A DNA stretch of 64,000 nucleotides from positions 5,211,643-5,275,642 of the forward strand of contig NC_057755.1 of the NCBI RefSeq assembly GCF_004010195.1, given 5' to 3'. Under the pieces are notes generated by a model that was given only the letters and a program-made list of their open reading frames with translations, ran no database searches and was not told where the DNA came from. Below, in pieces: positions 63,451 to 64,000 of this stretch; the first letter of the stretch is position 1; each line of letters starts with the position of its first letter. This DNA comes from Chiloscyllium plagiosum (Eukaryota). The translations under genes and the position numbers were made by a program.

Positions 63451-64000
63451 AAATGATTGAAGAGATTTTTTAAAAGCCTTAAAAAACTTCTACACCATGT
63501 TTTTGTTTTGTTGTTTGGGGAGGGTGCGTGGACAGGTGGAAGACACAAAACGTGTAGTGTTTAGCCACTGCACGAACACATTCGTTTACTTACCCAGCCG
63601 TCCCTGTGTCTGTGTCTGTTCCTGTACAACCTTTCCTTCATTGATTCACAAGGTAAGTATCTAATATTATAACCACCTTTCCCATCTGCCCCCGGCTCGT
63701 GCTCTCTCGATGCTGCCTGCTGAAATAAAGGATGCTGTCACACAAGGGAAATATTTAATATTCCCACTTTAACATTCTAATCTCGGTTTCTTTCTACAGT
63801 CAGCCCTGCCTCAGCTGTGGGCCACACTCTCTCAGAATTGCAAAGGACCCACTCTCTACTACATCCTCAGGAGAATTCATATTCTCAACAAACAGTGTTT
63901 CGACTCAAAAACTGTAAATACAACAAACTTTAATCTACCCACCTCGATAACCAGCGCTCTTCAAACATTCCAGAATATTCCCCCGGCCTCTGGAACTAAT

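Overview
This is vertebrate genomic DNA, almost certainly from a shark or other elasmobranch (inferred from HE1-type SINEs and HER1/CR1 LINEs). It is repeat-rich and has three assembly gaps. The coding content is a cluster of two-exon, GPR139/GPR142-like class A GPCR genes, each with a short first exon and a phase-1 intron inside TM1. It contains two intact genes (minus 20108-20039 + 17882-16951, 333 aa; plus 50512-50608 + 52434-53362, 341 aa), a first exon whose partner lies off the left edge (1787-1721), a decayed pseudogene (about 12235-10023), and an intact orphan first exon (40736-40802) that could splice in frame to the plus-strand main exon. A stray 130-bp GPCR fragment also sits inside a LINE. 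Other points of interest: a Tx1-type LINE 3' end fused to a 5'-truncated U1 snRNA, Penelope-like elements with minimal hammerhead ribozymes and fold-back structures, and a ~34-bp satellite with a ~498-bp higher-order repeat. Most short ORFs in the supplied track are repeat or low-complexity noise. All alignments were made by eye and repeat boundaries are approximate.
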